Made by a program: the position numbers and the translations under genes. Shown one piece after another: positions 22,338-31,700 of a stretch of 53,265 nt of DNA. Source of the DNA: Cyanophora paradoxa CCMP329 (taxonomy: Eukaryota > Plantae > Glaucophyta); NCBI GenBank assembly GCA_004431415.1, contig QPMI01000051.1, positions 1 through 53,265 on the forward strand, given 5' to 3'. The notes under the pieces were generated by a model that saw only the letters and a program-made list of their open reading frames with translations, searched no databases and was not told where the DNA came from. Each line of letters begins with the position of its first letter. Within the stretch, counting starts at the first letter, position 1.

Positions 22338-23174
22338 ATGGCAGAGGCACCCACACCAATAGAGCGAATTATAACACCACAGCTATCATTAGCTGCCCCA
22401 GCAAACCATGTTTTACAGCATGCTACTTTTGATGATGTGGAAGGTCTCCAATCCACAGAGGTCCAACCTACAATGAACACCTTTGGTTCCACCCACAAAC
22501 TGAGATTGCAGGAACTCAGATGTGATAAAAATAATGGAATAGTTAAGACAACTAAGCTACTTGTTACCAATGCAAACTTTTCTGCTCATTATGGAGACCC
22601 AGATAGCTATGGAGATCCTCTTTCTACTTATTCTTTTGAATCTAGGTCGGGAGCTATTAACTGCAAATCGGGGGGAGCTTATATTGGTGATGGTCTTAGG
22701 GTTGGTGGGGCTGTTGGAGCGCCTTTATTTGTGAATGATCAACCCAATCCCATTGATCCCAATACAAGAATTCGAACCTATGTCCCCAGCATGAATGCCC
22801 CCTATATAATCAAAATATTCCCCATTGTAGTAAATGAACAGACAGCAGTAATAGATTCTCTTGTTGAGATTGGTGACCACTACAAGGTTGTTGTGGATAT
22901 TCCACCAGATGTATATGCTGTATGTCAAGTGGAGGGTGGAACTCCTAATTTTGCAGTTGTGATCACCCCATATGATAATTTTGGTATTGCTTATCATGGA
23001 GTCAATTTCGGTTTGGAAGACTATCAGTTTCTGGTGAGAGCCACCAAGTTTGGTATCTACAAGTGTGTGATGTTTGCAGAGAGAACAGATTTTATTGCAA
23101 AGCAGAATACCTATGCTGAATACTATGGCACAAATCGATATTTCCCCATTTTTGGGCAGGATACTGCTCCATAA
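22338..23174 (+). CDS. Putative virion/fibre-associated protein, paralog 2
   Basis: Intact 278 aa; clear paralog of the preceding ORF. Confidence 0.65.
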   Translation: MAEAPTPIERIITPQLSLAAPANHVLQHATFDDVEGLQSTEVQPTMNTFGSTHKLRLQELRCDKNNGIVKTTKLLVTNANFSAHYGDPDSYGDPLSTYSFESRSGAINCKSGGAYIGDGLRVGGAVGAPLFVNDQPNPIDPNTRIRTYVPSMNAPYIIKIFPIVVNEQTAVIDSLVEIGDHYKVVVDIPPDVYAVCQVEGGTPNFAVVITPYDNFGIAYHGVNFGLEDYQFLVRATKFGIYKCVMFAERTDFIAKQNTYAEYYGTNRYFPIFGQDTAP

Positions 23175-23196
23175 GAATATTGGTTATATATAGAGT

Positions 23197-23469
23197 ATGG
23201 ATAGTAAAACAAAAAAGTTTATTGATGCTGCTATGACAGTCCATGGTAAAGATAAATTCGATTACAGTGAGACACATTACATCAAAGCTCAAGAGAAAGT
23301 ATCTGTTAGATGTTTGCAGTGTAATAAGGTGATCCTTACCTATCCCTTTAATCATGTGAAGGGATCAGGGTGTAGGGAATGCAACAAAAAGCACTCTCAG
23401 GCTTATAGGAAAAGGGCTACTTCATCAATTAGAGTAGAGTATAGGGATATTTGCATTAGGTTCGATTAG
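23197..23469 (+). CDS. Zn-ribbon protein (DUF723-like, as found in homing-endonuclease-associated viral proteins)
   Basis: FIDAAMTVHGKDKFDYSETHY...VSVRCLQC...PFNHVKGSGCREC pattern. No nuclease domain is attached. Confidence 0.7.
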   Translation: MDSKTKKFIDAAMTVHGKDKFDYSETHYIKAQEKVSVRCLQCNKVILTYPFNHVKGSGCRECNKKHSQAYRKRATSSIRVEYRDICIRFD

Positions 23470-23498
23470 GTTTAATTAATTTTTCTAAGGTATTCTTA

Positions 23499-23897
23499 AT
23501 GGAGACTCAATACAGAGGCTTTCATGTTATGCTTGATTACAAAGCTAAATCAGCTATAGCAACAGGATATGAGCATGTGAGCTTTCTAGGGAATTGGATA
23601 ATGGGAACCCTTGAACAAGCAGTATTAAGACAAGGCATTAGGATTGTTCATAAACACTGTGAGATATTTGATGGCAAAGTATCACCTCCTGGTTTTGCAT
23701 TGGTTCTGCTATTAGATGAAAGCCACTGTACAGCTCATTGTTATTCCAATGAAGGCATGTTAGCAATTGATATATTCAGTTGTGGTAAAGAAGCTCAGCA
23801 TAAAACACAAGCAGTAGCAGATGAGATCGATAAAACAATGAATTTCCTCACATTTGAGAAGACTGAGAGACATAAACATGATAGATTTCCGTTTTGA
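23499..23897 (+). CDS. speD: S-adenosylmethionine decarboxylase proenzyme, small prokaryotic type (pyruvoyl-dependent)
   Basis: GFHVMLD..PPGFALVLLLDESHCTAHCYSNEGMLAIDIFSCG, with the ESH self-cleavage site and the D.F.CG motif. Confidence 0.9.
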   Translation: METQYRGFHVMLDYKAKSAIATGYEHVSFLGNWIMGTLEQAVLRQGIRIVHKHCEIFDGKVSPPGFALVLLLDESHCTAHCYSNEGMLAIDIFSCGKEAQHKTQAVADEIDKTMNFLTFEKTERHKHDRFPF

Positions 23898-24136
23898 TGA
23901 GTTTCTATAATGATGATCAGGGTGATTTACCTTTTTGATTACAATAGCTTTCTACAATAATTATTTTCCGGATTCCGGACATTTTTTACGATAGAATTCT
24001 ACTGTATGATGAAGCCAAAATATGAATGCACCCTACATTTAGCAATGTCAAATAATTAGAATAATGTTCGATTTCCTTACACTAAAACCTCAGCATCTCC
24101 CCTTGATTCCCCCTATTATATAATATTTATATTAAA

Positions 24137-24575
24137 GTGGACTCAAGGTTGACTCATATTAATCGTAAAAGTAGTAATAGTATATGGATTTTGTTACGAA
24201 TTCAATGCAAGGGTTGACTAAGTGGGTTGAGTTGACTCAAATTTCACAGGAAATATTTGGGACCAAAAGTTTTCTAAAAAGGATTTCAAAAAATGTGTCA
24301 ACTCCCCCCACTTAGTCAACCCTGACCATAAACAGTAAGGATTTGAGCTAACAAGTATCACAAAGTGAACATTTTGAGTCCACTTAGAAGATCCACTTTT
24401 GAAATCCAAGTTGATTTTGCTTGAAATTTCAAAGTTGATCTAAAAGTGAGTCCACCCTGATTGATTATGGTAACAAAGTTGACTAAGTTGACTAAGTTGA
24501 GTCATCTTAAGAAATTCAAAGAGACTAAGAGTTCAAAATGTTTATGAAAAGTGAGTCAACTTAGACCACTTATGA
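24137..24575. repeat. Inverted-repeat/iteron block B
   Basis: GGTTGACTAAGTGGGTTGAGTTGAC (24212-24236) is inverted relative to GTCAACTCCCCCCACTTAGTCAACC (24297-24321, identical to 3547-3571). Many GAGTC(A/C)AC and GTTGACT units surround it. Confidence 0.85.
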
Positions 24576-24619
24576 TAACAAAGTTAAATATTTATTTGAT
24601 TTAATCGGAAAAGAACATG

Positions 24620-24848
24620 ATTTAATCGAATTTATTGATATAATTCCGATTAGATTCATTTAGGATTCAATTAAGATCAATCGAAGTTATTGATATAATT
24701 CCGATTAACTACAATTAAGATACAATATCGATTAATCGAGTTTATCGATATAACATCGATTAAATTAATTGAAAATGCATTTACAAATATGAAAATTCAT
24801 GTGAAAATTCAAATAAATTAATCGATTTTATTGATATAACATCGAATC
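24620..24848. repeat. Subterminal ~30-bp AT-rich direct repeats (4 copies)
   Basis: AATCGA.TT(T)AT(T/C)GATATAA(TTC/CAT)CGA at ~24622, ~24678, ~24732 and ~24818. Confidence 0.85.
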
Positions 24849-24921
24849 ACACATATGAATATTCATATTTTAATCCTGAGGCGGAACGCCGAGGGATTAA
24901 AATATGAATATTCATATGTGT
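24849..24921. repeat. Perfect 28-bp inverted repeat/hairpin at the virus-host junction
   Basis: ACACATATGAATATTCATATTTTAATCC (24849-24876) is the exact reverse complement of 24894-24921. The spacer TGAGGCGGAACGCCGAG contains a GGCG-GAA-CGCC mini-stem. Confidence 0.97.
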
Positions 24922-24924
24922 ATT

Positions 24925-25437
24925 GTCCGCCTTGAGTTGTGTGTGGCGAGCACCGGCGCCAGTGCCGGTAAAAGTGTCAGCCTACTCGGCGTCGACACCT
25001 CTGGCGAATCGGCCTTCCTCTGCCCCTTGCAGCGCGACAATGAGGCCGAACCCAGTGCTGCAGCTGGATCCGGAACGCATACGACCAAGCAGCGGCTATT
25101 TGACCGCCTTCCCGACTGCACTTTCCGGGTAACAACAGGGTTCTTCTACACTGCGTCGGCGCTGGATTCGGCATTTGCGGCAGAGCAGGAGCTGGGCAGC
25201 GTTCTTCGAGAAGAAAACATTAGGTTGCGCGATCGTGAGTTACGCTACCTGCAAGCACTGCTCGAGGAGGCAGTGCAGCACGTGCTCGCCACCCCGCAGA
25301 AGCCATGCAGCAAATGTATCGAGAAGGCTCTCGATGCGGTGCTGGCTATGGATTTTACATACTTGGACCCCGGCTCAGCCGATATCGACGTCCAACCACA
25401 GCGCCTCATTCTCAAAAAGACACTGCCGCAAATTTAA
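24925..25437 (+). CDS. Probable 3' fragment of a host gene of unknown function abutting the insertion
   Basis: Open frame to TAA 25437 with helical protein-like sequence (ELGSVLREENIRLRDRELRYLQALLEEAV). The called start codon lies inside the viral hairpin. Possible intron at ~25129-25188. Confidence 0.4.
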   Translation, partial: VRLELCVASTGASAGKSVSLLGVDTSGESAFLCPLQRDNEAEPSAAAGSGTHTTKQRLFDRLPDCTFRVTTGFFYTASALDSAFAAEQELGSVLREENIRLRDRELRYLQALLEEAVQHVLATPQKPCSKCIEKALDAVLAMDFTYLDPGSADIDVQPQRLILKKTLPQI

Positions 25438-25440
25438 AGG

Positions 25441-28400
25441 TCAATGTGTTAAATGAAAACTCACGTAGTAGTTCATCCACTCGATGCGGCGAGAGAGGAA
25501 CCCGATTTCCTGATTGCAGAGCGCCACGAGACGGCCGGTGGTGCCAACAGCCTCTGCAGCACTGAGCACGGATGTAAGGGCATCCCGCGCCTTCAAAAGC
25601 CTCGGGTACGCCGCCTCCGGGTCCCACTTTCCGACTTGAGTCCCGCTCAGATTAGGTATGGTGATCTCCACAGCATGCCTCTCCCGCAGGGCGCGCGCGT
25701 ATGCCTCGCGAAGAGCCGCTTCGGTTCTTGCGATCGCTTGCTGCTGCTGCTGATGCAGCAGCTGCTGATACTCCGGGCGATGCTGCTGCTGCTGCTGCTG
25801 AGGCCCCGCATGCTGCGCATCGTCCTCCCGCATTCCCCCGACGGTCGTCCGCGGCGCCGGCAGCTGCAAGGCGCCGGCGCCCGAGGTGCCCGGGAACCCG
25901 CCGCGGCGGTCGCGGGCGCCGAGGGCGGCGATGGCCTCCAGCGCCGCGCGGCAGCGGCCGGCGCGCTCCGCGTCGAGCGGCGCGAGGGCCCCCGCGAGGG
26001 CCTCGAAGTCCTCCGCCAGGAGCGGGAGGCCGTGGACGAGGAGCGGGTCCGAGGAGGCGGCGGCGGCCTCCCGGAGCTGCGCTCGCTGGTACCGCTCCAG
26101 TGCCGCGGTCGCGATGGACTCCTCTTGGACGAGCTCTGGCAGCGACAGCGTCGCCTGCGCTGTGTTAGACTTTCGGCTTTGCAAGCTTAAGCTACGTAAA
26201 AAGAAGCAGTGCAAAACTCGACAGACCAGGGTTCGTATCCGATCCGCACGCTCCGCATCCAAATCTGAGATCAGGTTCTCCAAACTACAGCTAGGCAGAA
26301 ACCAGACCGTGAGGACGTTCCCCGGATGAGGCTTGTGCAATCTCGTTACTTGCGCAGCGCGTGCAGCTGCGAGGGCCGCTCGCGGTCTCCCCAGCTTCTC
26401 AAGCGCCGATGCCAGCAACTCGTAGCCCGACACGGCCCCCTCTTGCAGCTGCGCTTCTAGATCCGCCTTGCTGGACTCGCTGAGCGCCAGTGGCACGTGT
26501 TTGTAGCTTCGATCCCGCAGAAGAGTGTGGTGCCTTGCGCATCGCGTGCACAGCACTTCCGCTTCGGCGAAGAATTCAGAGAGGAACGTGTACTTGGCGC
26601 CGGCCAGCAACGCCCGCGCGATCTCCATGCGATAGTTGTGCTCGGCGATGGAGCCCTCCGGCGGCCCGTCCTGTGCCAGCAGCGCCTCCAGCTCGTCGGC
26701 CCGCTGCGTCCCGAGCGCCAGGAAGCCGCTCGCCAGCTCCTCGTCCACGGTCGTACAGTCCACCGCCGCCTTCTCGAGCCGCTCCCGCTCCGCCTTTAAC
26801 GCGCCGAGCGCAGCGTCGAACGAGGCGAATGCACTTTGCGGTGGCGGGTCCCACTCCCTTTCTGCAAGCAGCTTTGTCGTGCCCTGCGCAGGATTGCAGC
26901 AGTCAGAGATCCATGGACTAGAAAAGCTGCGGCCGCGGGTCGCGGCGCCTCGAGCTTGCGAGCGGGGACGGACCTGGCCGGAGCGGCCATGGCGAGGCAG
27001 GATCACGGCCCGCTTCTCGAGGTAGCGGGCGAGCTCGGCCGCCTTCGCCACCTCCGCCTCGTCCGCGCCCTTGACCTCGGAGGCCTCCCTCGCGGCGCAC
27101 AGAGCTTGCGGGTAGCGCTCCTGCAGAGAGAAGACGCTGCAGAGCTTGGCGAGTGCCTGCGCGATGCAGGAGTCAGCCCGATGAAGCTCAGCTGCAAGGG
27201 ACACATAAGTAGAACTGACGCACTGTGATAAGGAGGTCCGGAGAGTCGCCGAGTTTGGCATTGTTAACGGCTGAAGCGGTAAGGAACTCGGCTTGCTGCA
27301 ACGCGTCGGGGTCCTCCGAGTTCGCAGGGATCAAAATGTTGTACAGACGCAGCGCCATACTCGCGGACAGCATGAAAGCATCGCGTGCACTTTTGTGATC
27401 GCGGAGCCGCGCGTTCAGCTTGCCCAGATCTTCGTAGTCCTGCACGAGAATTGTGTATCCGTTCCTGAGCAGGAGGTCGACGTGTCGTGCGCTGCGGGAT
27501 GGTGCCAACGAGTCCTGCAAATGTGAGAGGCGGTCCATAAACTGCCTGCAAGCGTTGAGCATTCGATCCGGAATCGATGGGTCCCAATTTACGGGCTGAC
27601 TGGAGGCGCTGGCTTCTGACTGCGCGTGTCATCCAAGAGGTCAGAAATGAGTCGGAAAATTTACATAAGCACGGATCCCGAATACAGCAAAAAGCGTGCA
27701 AACCAGGTACTTGCGGCGAGACTCGTATCTCTTCATAATCGATCTCTCCAATCTTCGGTCTTTCTCCACCAGGCCCTCCTCGGTTTCTGCTTTCAGCGCC
27801 ATCCAAGTCCGAGCCACGGCGAGGGCTTCGCCCATGCGCTCGTCACCCGTTCCAGTTACAGCATCTCTCTTGGACGCAAGGTCGATTGACGCTGCGAGGA
27901 CCTTGTGTGCCTGTACACGTGCACGCGAATGAGTAAACCGAGTTGTATACGTATACGTAGTTATAGATCAACGTGGTCAAAGAGAAATGTATAGATCAAC
28001 GTGGTCAAAAAGAGATGTTCGAGGGCCTAGGCGCACGATTAGCAGCTGTTCATGCAGATTGGGTGCCGATTCATCGATATCGCCAGCAATCGTAAGGCTG
28101 CAGTTGCAATGCTCGATGGCTCGGCGAGAATAATCCTCAGCTTCTGTGTACTTCTTGACGTCGTAGAACTGAAGCGACGCTTGGACCGTGGCGGCTACGA
28201 CCGATTTGAGAGCGCAGCGTTTTAGTGTCGTGTCGACCTCGACCCTCGACCCTTCCACAAGGCGAATGAGCTCATCCGCCTTCGGGCCCGCGAGCGCGAC
28301 GCAGGCCGCCTCCAGCTCTGCAGGGGGCAGGCTCGAATGGGCTCCATGAAGCCGTTCGATTTCAGCCGAGAAGCTGATGACCGCTTCTTCGACTTGCGAC

Positions 28401-28500
28401 CACTTAGTCGAAGCGAGTCTTCTGTCTGAGGCCGGTGCGCGCGCATCGCGATCGCGATCGGCCCGTGCGCGTGCACGTGCTTTGTGGCCAACACTGCGAT
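25441..28500 (-). CDS. Multi-exon alpha-helical (TPR-like) protein of unknown function; may be a separate gene or the 3' part of the helicase gene
   Basis: Long Ala/Leu/Glu-rich helical ORFs 25441-27261, 27188-27562, 27641-27835 and 27977-28258 (YTEAEDYSRRAIEH, TPR-like); poly-Q tract near 25740-25800. Confidence 0.5.
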
Positions 28501-28716
28501 GCGAAGGTTAAGAATGTTTGCTTAATTGAGCAATCTAGACGTAAATAACGGGCACACAGATCAAGCTAACCTCTGGCTAGCATCGATATCAGTGGAGACG
28601 TCGACCCGGTTCGTTGAACCACTCGCGCTTGCAGCTTTGTCAGAGGGCGCCAGCGGCACTGCAATGTCAAACCTGCAAAACCATGAATGGCTTTGTATAA
28701 AGATGCCGCAGTATTT

Positions 28717-31700
28717 CTATGGAATGGCACCTTTGACGACAGTCGTTGGCCCTGTCCGGCTCCCCAGCACTCTCGAACAACTTGGCAGCGGATCGCGCAC
28801 GATCTTTGCGCGCTTTCGGTGTTCCTGCTGCAAGTGAGATGGCGACGTCGAGGACACAGGAACCCTCAATTCAGCGCGCACCAGCGGCCGCGGCGCGCTG
28901 GAGCTCGAGCTCAGCCTCGGCCAGCGCGGCGAGCCGCTTGCTGCCGGCGTTCTCGAAGGCGCGCTTTGCGGCGTCGAAGAGGCGGCGCTCGAGGAACTGC
29001 CGCCCGCGCGCCTCCCACTCGGCAGGCGTGCTCTCGCTGATTCGCGAGCAGTCCTTCCCGCGAAGATCGCCCGCCAGCGCCTTTGCATCCAGGCTCTGCG
29101 AGATGACGGCGAGAAATGTGACGGAGGTGAACAGCAGGTGTCGAAGAGACGGCATCGCACCTGCGCCACGCCCACAGATGCGAAGAGGTCGAAGATCGGC
29201 CTGCGGACCGCCCTGTCCTCGTCGTACAGCCTATGAGAGCGAATTGACGGCGTGAGCTGAGACATGGACACAAGCCACAACGCGGCGCACCAGACGGCGC
29301 GCTTGGCGCGGGTGATTGCGGTGTAGAGGTGCTTGAGCTCCGTCGCGACGAGGCGGTGCTTGTGCGGGTCGAAGCCGCCCTTCCGTTTCGCCCTCTGCTC
29401 GGCTTCTGTCGGCTGCACATATGCACGTGCTTGGATATCAGACCGCGGAATAATAGACAAATCCCTGTGGCAAACCTCGCGCTCGAGCGATGCGAAATCG
29501 ACAGACACGGCCGCGCCTCGCGGAACCGCAGCGGCCTCCGCCACCCGCGCGCGCACGCCGCCCTCTGCCACCCGAGCAGCCTCGCGCCACATCCGCTCGT
29601 CGCGCCCCGGCGAGTCCGTGAAGAAGTTCAATCTGCAAGCAAGCGTCACGCCGGCAGCAGAGGCTGAGGTCCGATGTCGATCCGGGCGGCCGCACAGGAG
29701 GACGTCCTCGAACTCGAGGCCCTTGACCTCCTCCACCGTCAGCACGTTCGAGCGCCCCAGCGCGTCCCCCAGCCGCTCCTTCCGGCCCTGGCCCCGCACA
29801 ACCACCACCTGCACCCGCGTCAGCAAAGCATAGACAATTGAATGTCCAGAGAATCGGCGGGCCTGGTCGGCGCCGAGGTGCAGCTCCGCGGGCCGTGCAG
29901 TGGCCGCCTGGTCGCCGAAGAGGAACGCGGCGAGCTCCTTCAGGCCGCTGTACGGCAGCAGCAGCGGCGGGGGCCCGCTGCGCAGCCCTGCGCGCGCGTG
30001 AGCTCGAGCGCTCGACGAAGCGACCGCAGCGGCTCGCGCCGGTGTCGCGCTGGAGGACGTCGATCTCGCGGTCGAAGAGCAGCTCGAGCATGTCGACCAC
30101 GACGGAGGAGCACGCCAGGATGCCCGCGTGCGACCGGTAGTTCTGCCTCCCGATGTCAGAGTTGCCCGAGCCTGGGCGTGGAGCGCCTGCCGCAGGCACC
30201 TGGGTGAGCTGCCGGATGGGCAGCTGCCCGGGCGCGGCCAGCGTTCGCCGGGCCGCCCCCGCGCCGCCGGCCTCGAGGTGGAAGAGGGAGCGGAGGTCGC
30301 AGAAGCGGAACGAGAGGCCGCGGGCGATGGTCTGGCACGTGTCGCCGCAGAAGAAGAGGCCGCCGCCGTCCCCGCACACGAGCGCCGCCAGCGCGAGCTC
30401 CGCCTGCGTAAAGTCCTGCACCTGCCGCCGGGCGTCAGCCTGGCTTCGGATCCTCACGGCAGCAGACTCGCCTCGTCGACGATGATCTCGTGGATGGGCG
30501 GGCCGCCGTATCCCCGCGCGGCGACCTCGCGGTAGATGTGATGCACCGCGTCCTGACCGCGGGCCGCGCGCGTCAATGCATGTGCAAAGGCGGGACGGCG
30601 CGCAGAGAGAACGGACCGTCACGTCGTAGAGGCCGCGGCGGCGCTTGGCGTCGCGGTACGCGCCGTAGAGCTCGTGGATCGCTTGCCTCTGCTCGTCGTC
30701 CAGCCGCGAGCTGCGCGCAAACCGAAATGTGAGCGGAAACGCGCCCGCGGCGGCGGGGCGCGGCAAGGCGGGAGCACCGGTTGCGCCCCAGCGCCAGGTA
30801 CGCGTCCCGATCCAGAAAGCCCTCCGCGCACCCCAGGCTCTCGACGCTGCCCCTGAGGGCAGACGGGGCGGTGTCAGACGCGCCCTCAGAACACCGCCCG
30901 AGCTCGCGGGGCGCACTGGATGAGCGAGAGGAACTCGGTCCAGACGAGGGTCGGGTGGGGCAGGGGCGGGCGGGCGGCGGGGCCCTTGGCCTTGGAGAGG
31001 GCGGGCCAGAGCTCCTCCTCGAAGAGCTCGTAGACCACCAGCCGCGCCCTGGGCGGCCGCGGGAAGAACGGCCCCGCCAGCGTCCCGTCCACCAGCCGCA
31101 GCCACTTGTGCCCCGTCACTGCCCCCGGCCGTCAGCCGCGGCAGGCGGGGGATGGGGGGAGGGGGGGGGTGCGGGGGGGGGGGGGAGTGGGGGGGAGTGG
31201 GGGGCGGACCGAAGAGGGGGTACGAGTCGTCGGGGAGGGGGCGAGGGAGTCGGGGAGCTCGGCGTCGGAGCGGCCGAGCGGCGGCAGCGGCGCCTCGCCC
31301 TCGAGCGGACGCGCGAGCAGCGCGTGGCCCTCCTCCTGCCCGCCCCCGTCCCCTCAGCCGCGGCGCGCCGGGCGGGCGGCGCGGGGCGGCGCACGAGGCG
31401 GGAGAAGAGGCGGCGGACTTCGTCGAGGAGGGCGGGGTTGTTCGTGAGGAAGACGGCCCGCAGGTGCCCCGACGGCAGCAGCGCCGCCCCGCGCCCCAGC
31501 GACCAGTACGCGTGGTACCGCGCCCACAGCCTGCGGGGGCGGACGGTGGGCGGGTACGCGGCTTCGAGAGGCGCTGGCCGCACCGGACGATGGCGCAGCT
31601 CGTCTTGCCCGTCCCGGAGCGGCCGACGGCGAGCACGGGGCCGTCCGCGCAGATCAGCTCCAGCTCCGCCGCCCTGGCGGAGGCCGTGAGGCGTACACGC

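Larger units (their letters stand above)
1..24921. mobile_element. Endogenous Polinton-like virus (PLV/Maverick-related dsDNA virus), left end outside window
   Basis: AT-rich intronless block carrying pPolB, SF3 primase-helicase, packaging ATPase, double-jelly-roll MCP, pentons and fibres. Abrupt switch to GC-rich intron-containing DNA at ~24,922. Confidence 0.93.

Noticed and set aside
24620-24848. CRISPR-like array from ~30-bp repeats with spacers
   Set aside because: Repeats are degenerate, spacing is irregular, spacers are low-complexity AT, and the context is a viral terminus.
1-24921. Bacteriophage/prophage or bacterial contamination (tail-fibre repeats, speD)
   Set aside because: Core genes are Polinton-type pPolB, A32 ATPase and jelly-roll capsids; no terminase, portal or Shine-Dalgarno pattern was seen.
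27962-28017. TATAGATCAACGTGGTCAAA tandem duplication as a target-site duplication (similar short duplications at ~32475-32510 and ~36610-36650)
   Set aside because: Copies are adjacent with no element between them; likely local slippage in introns.
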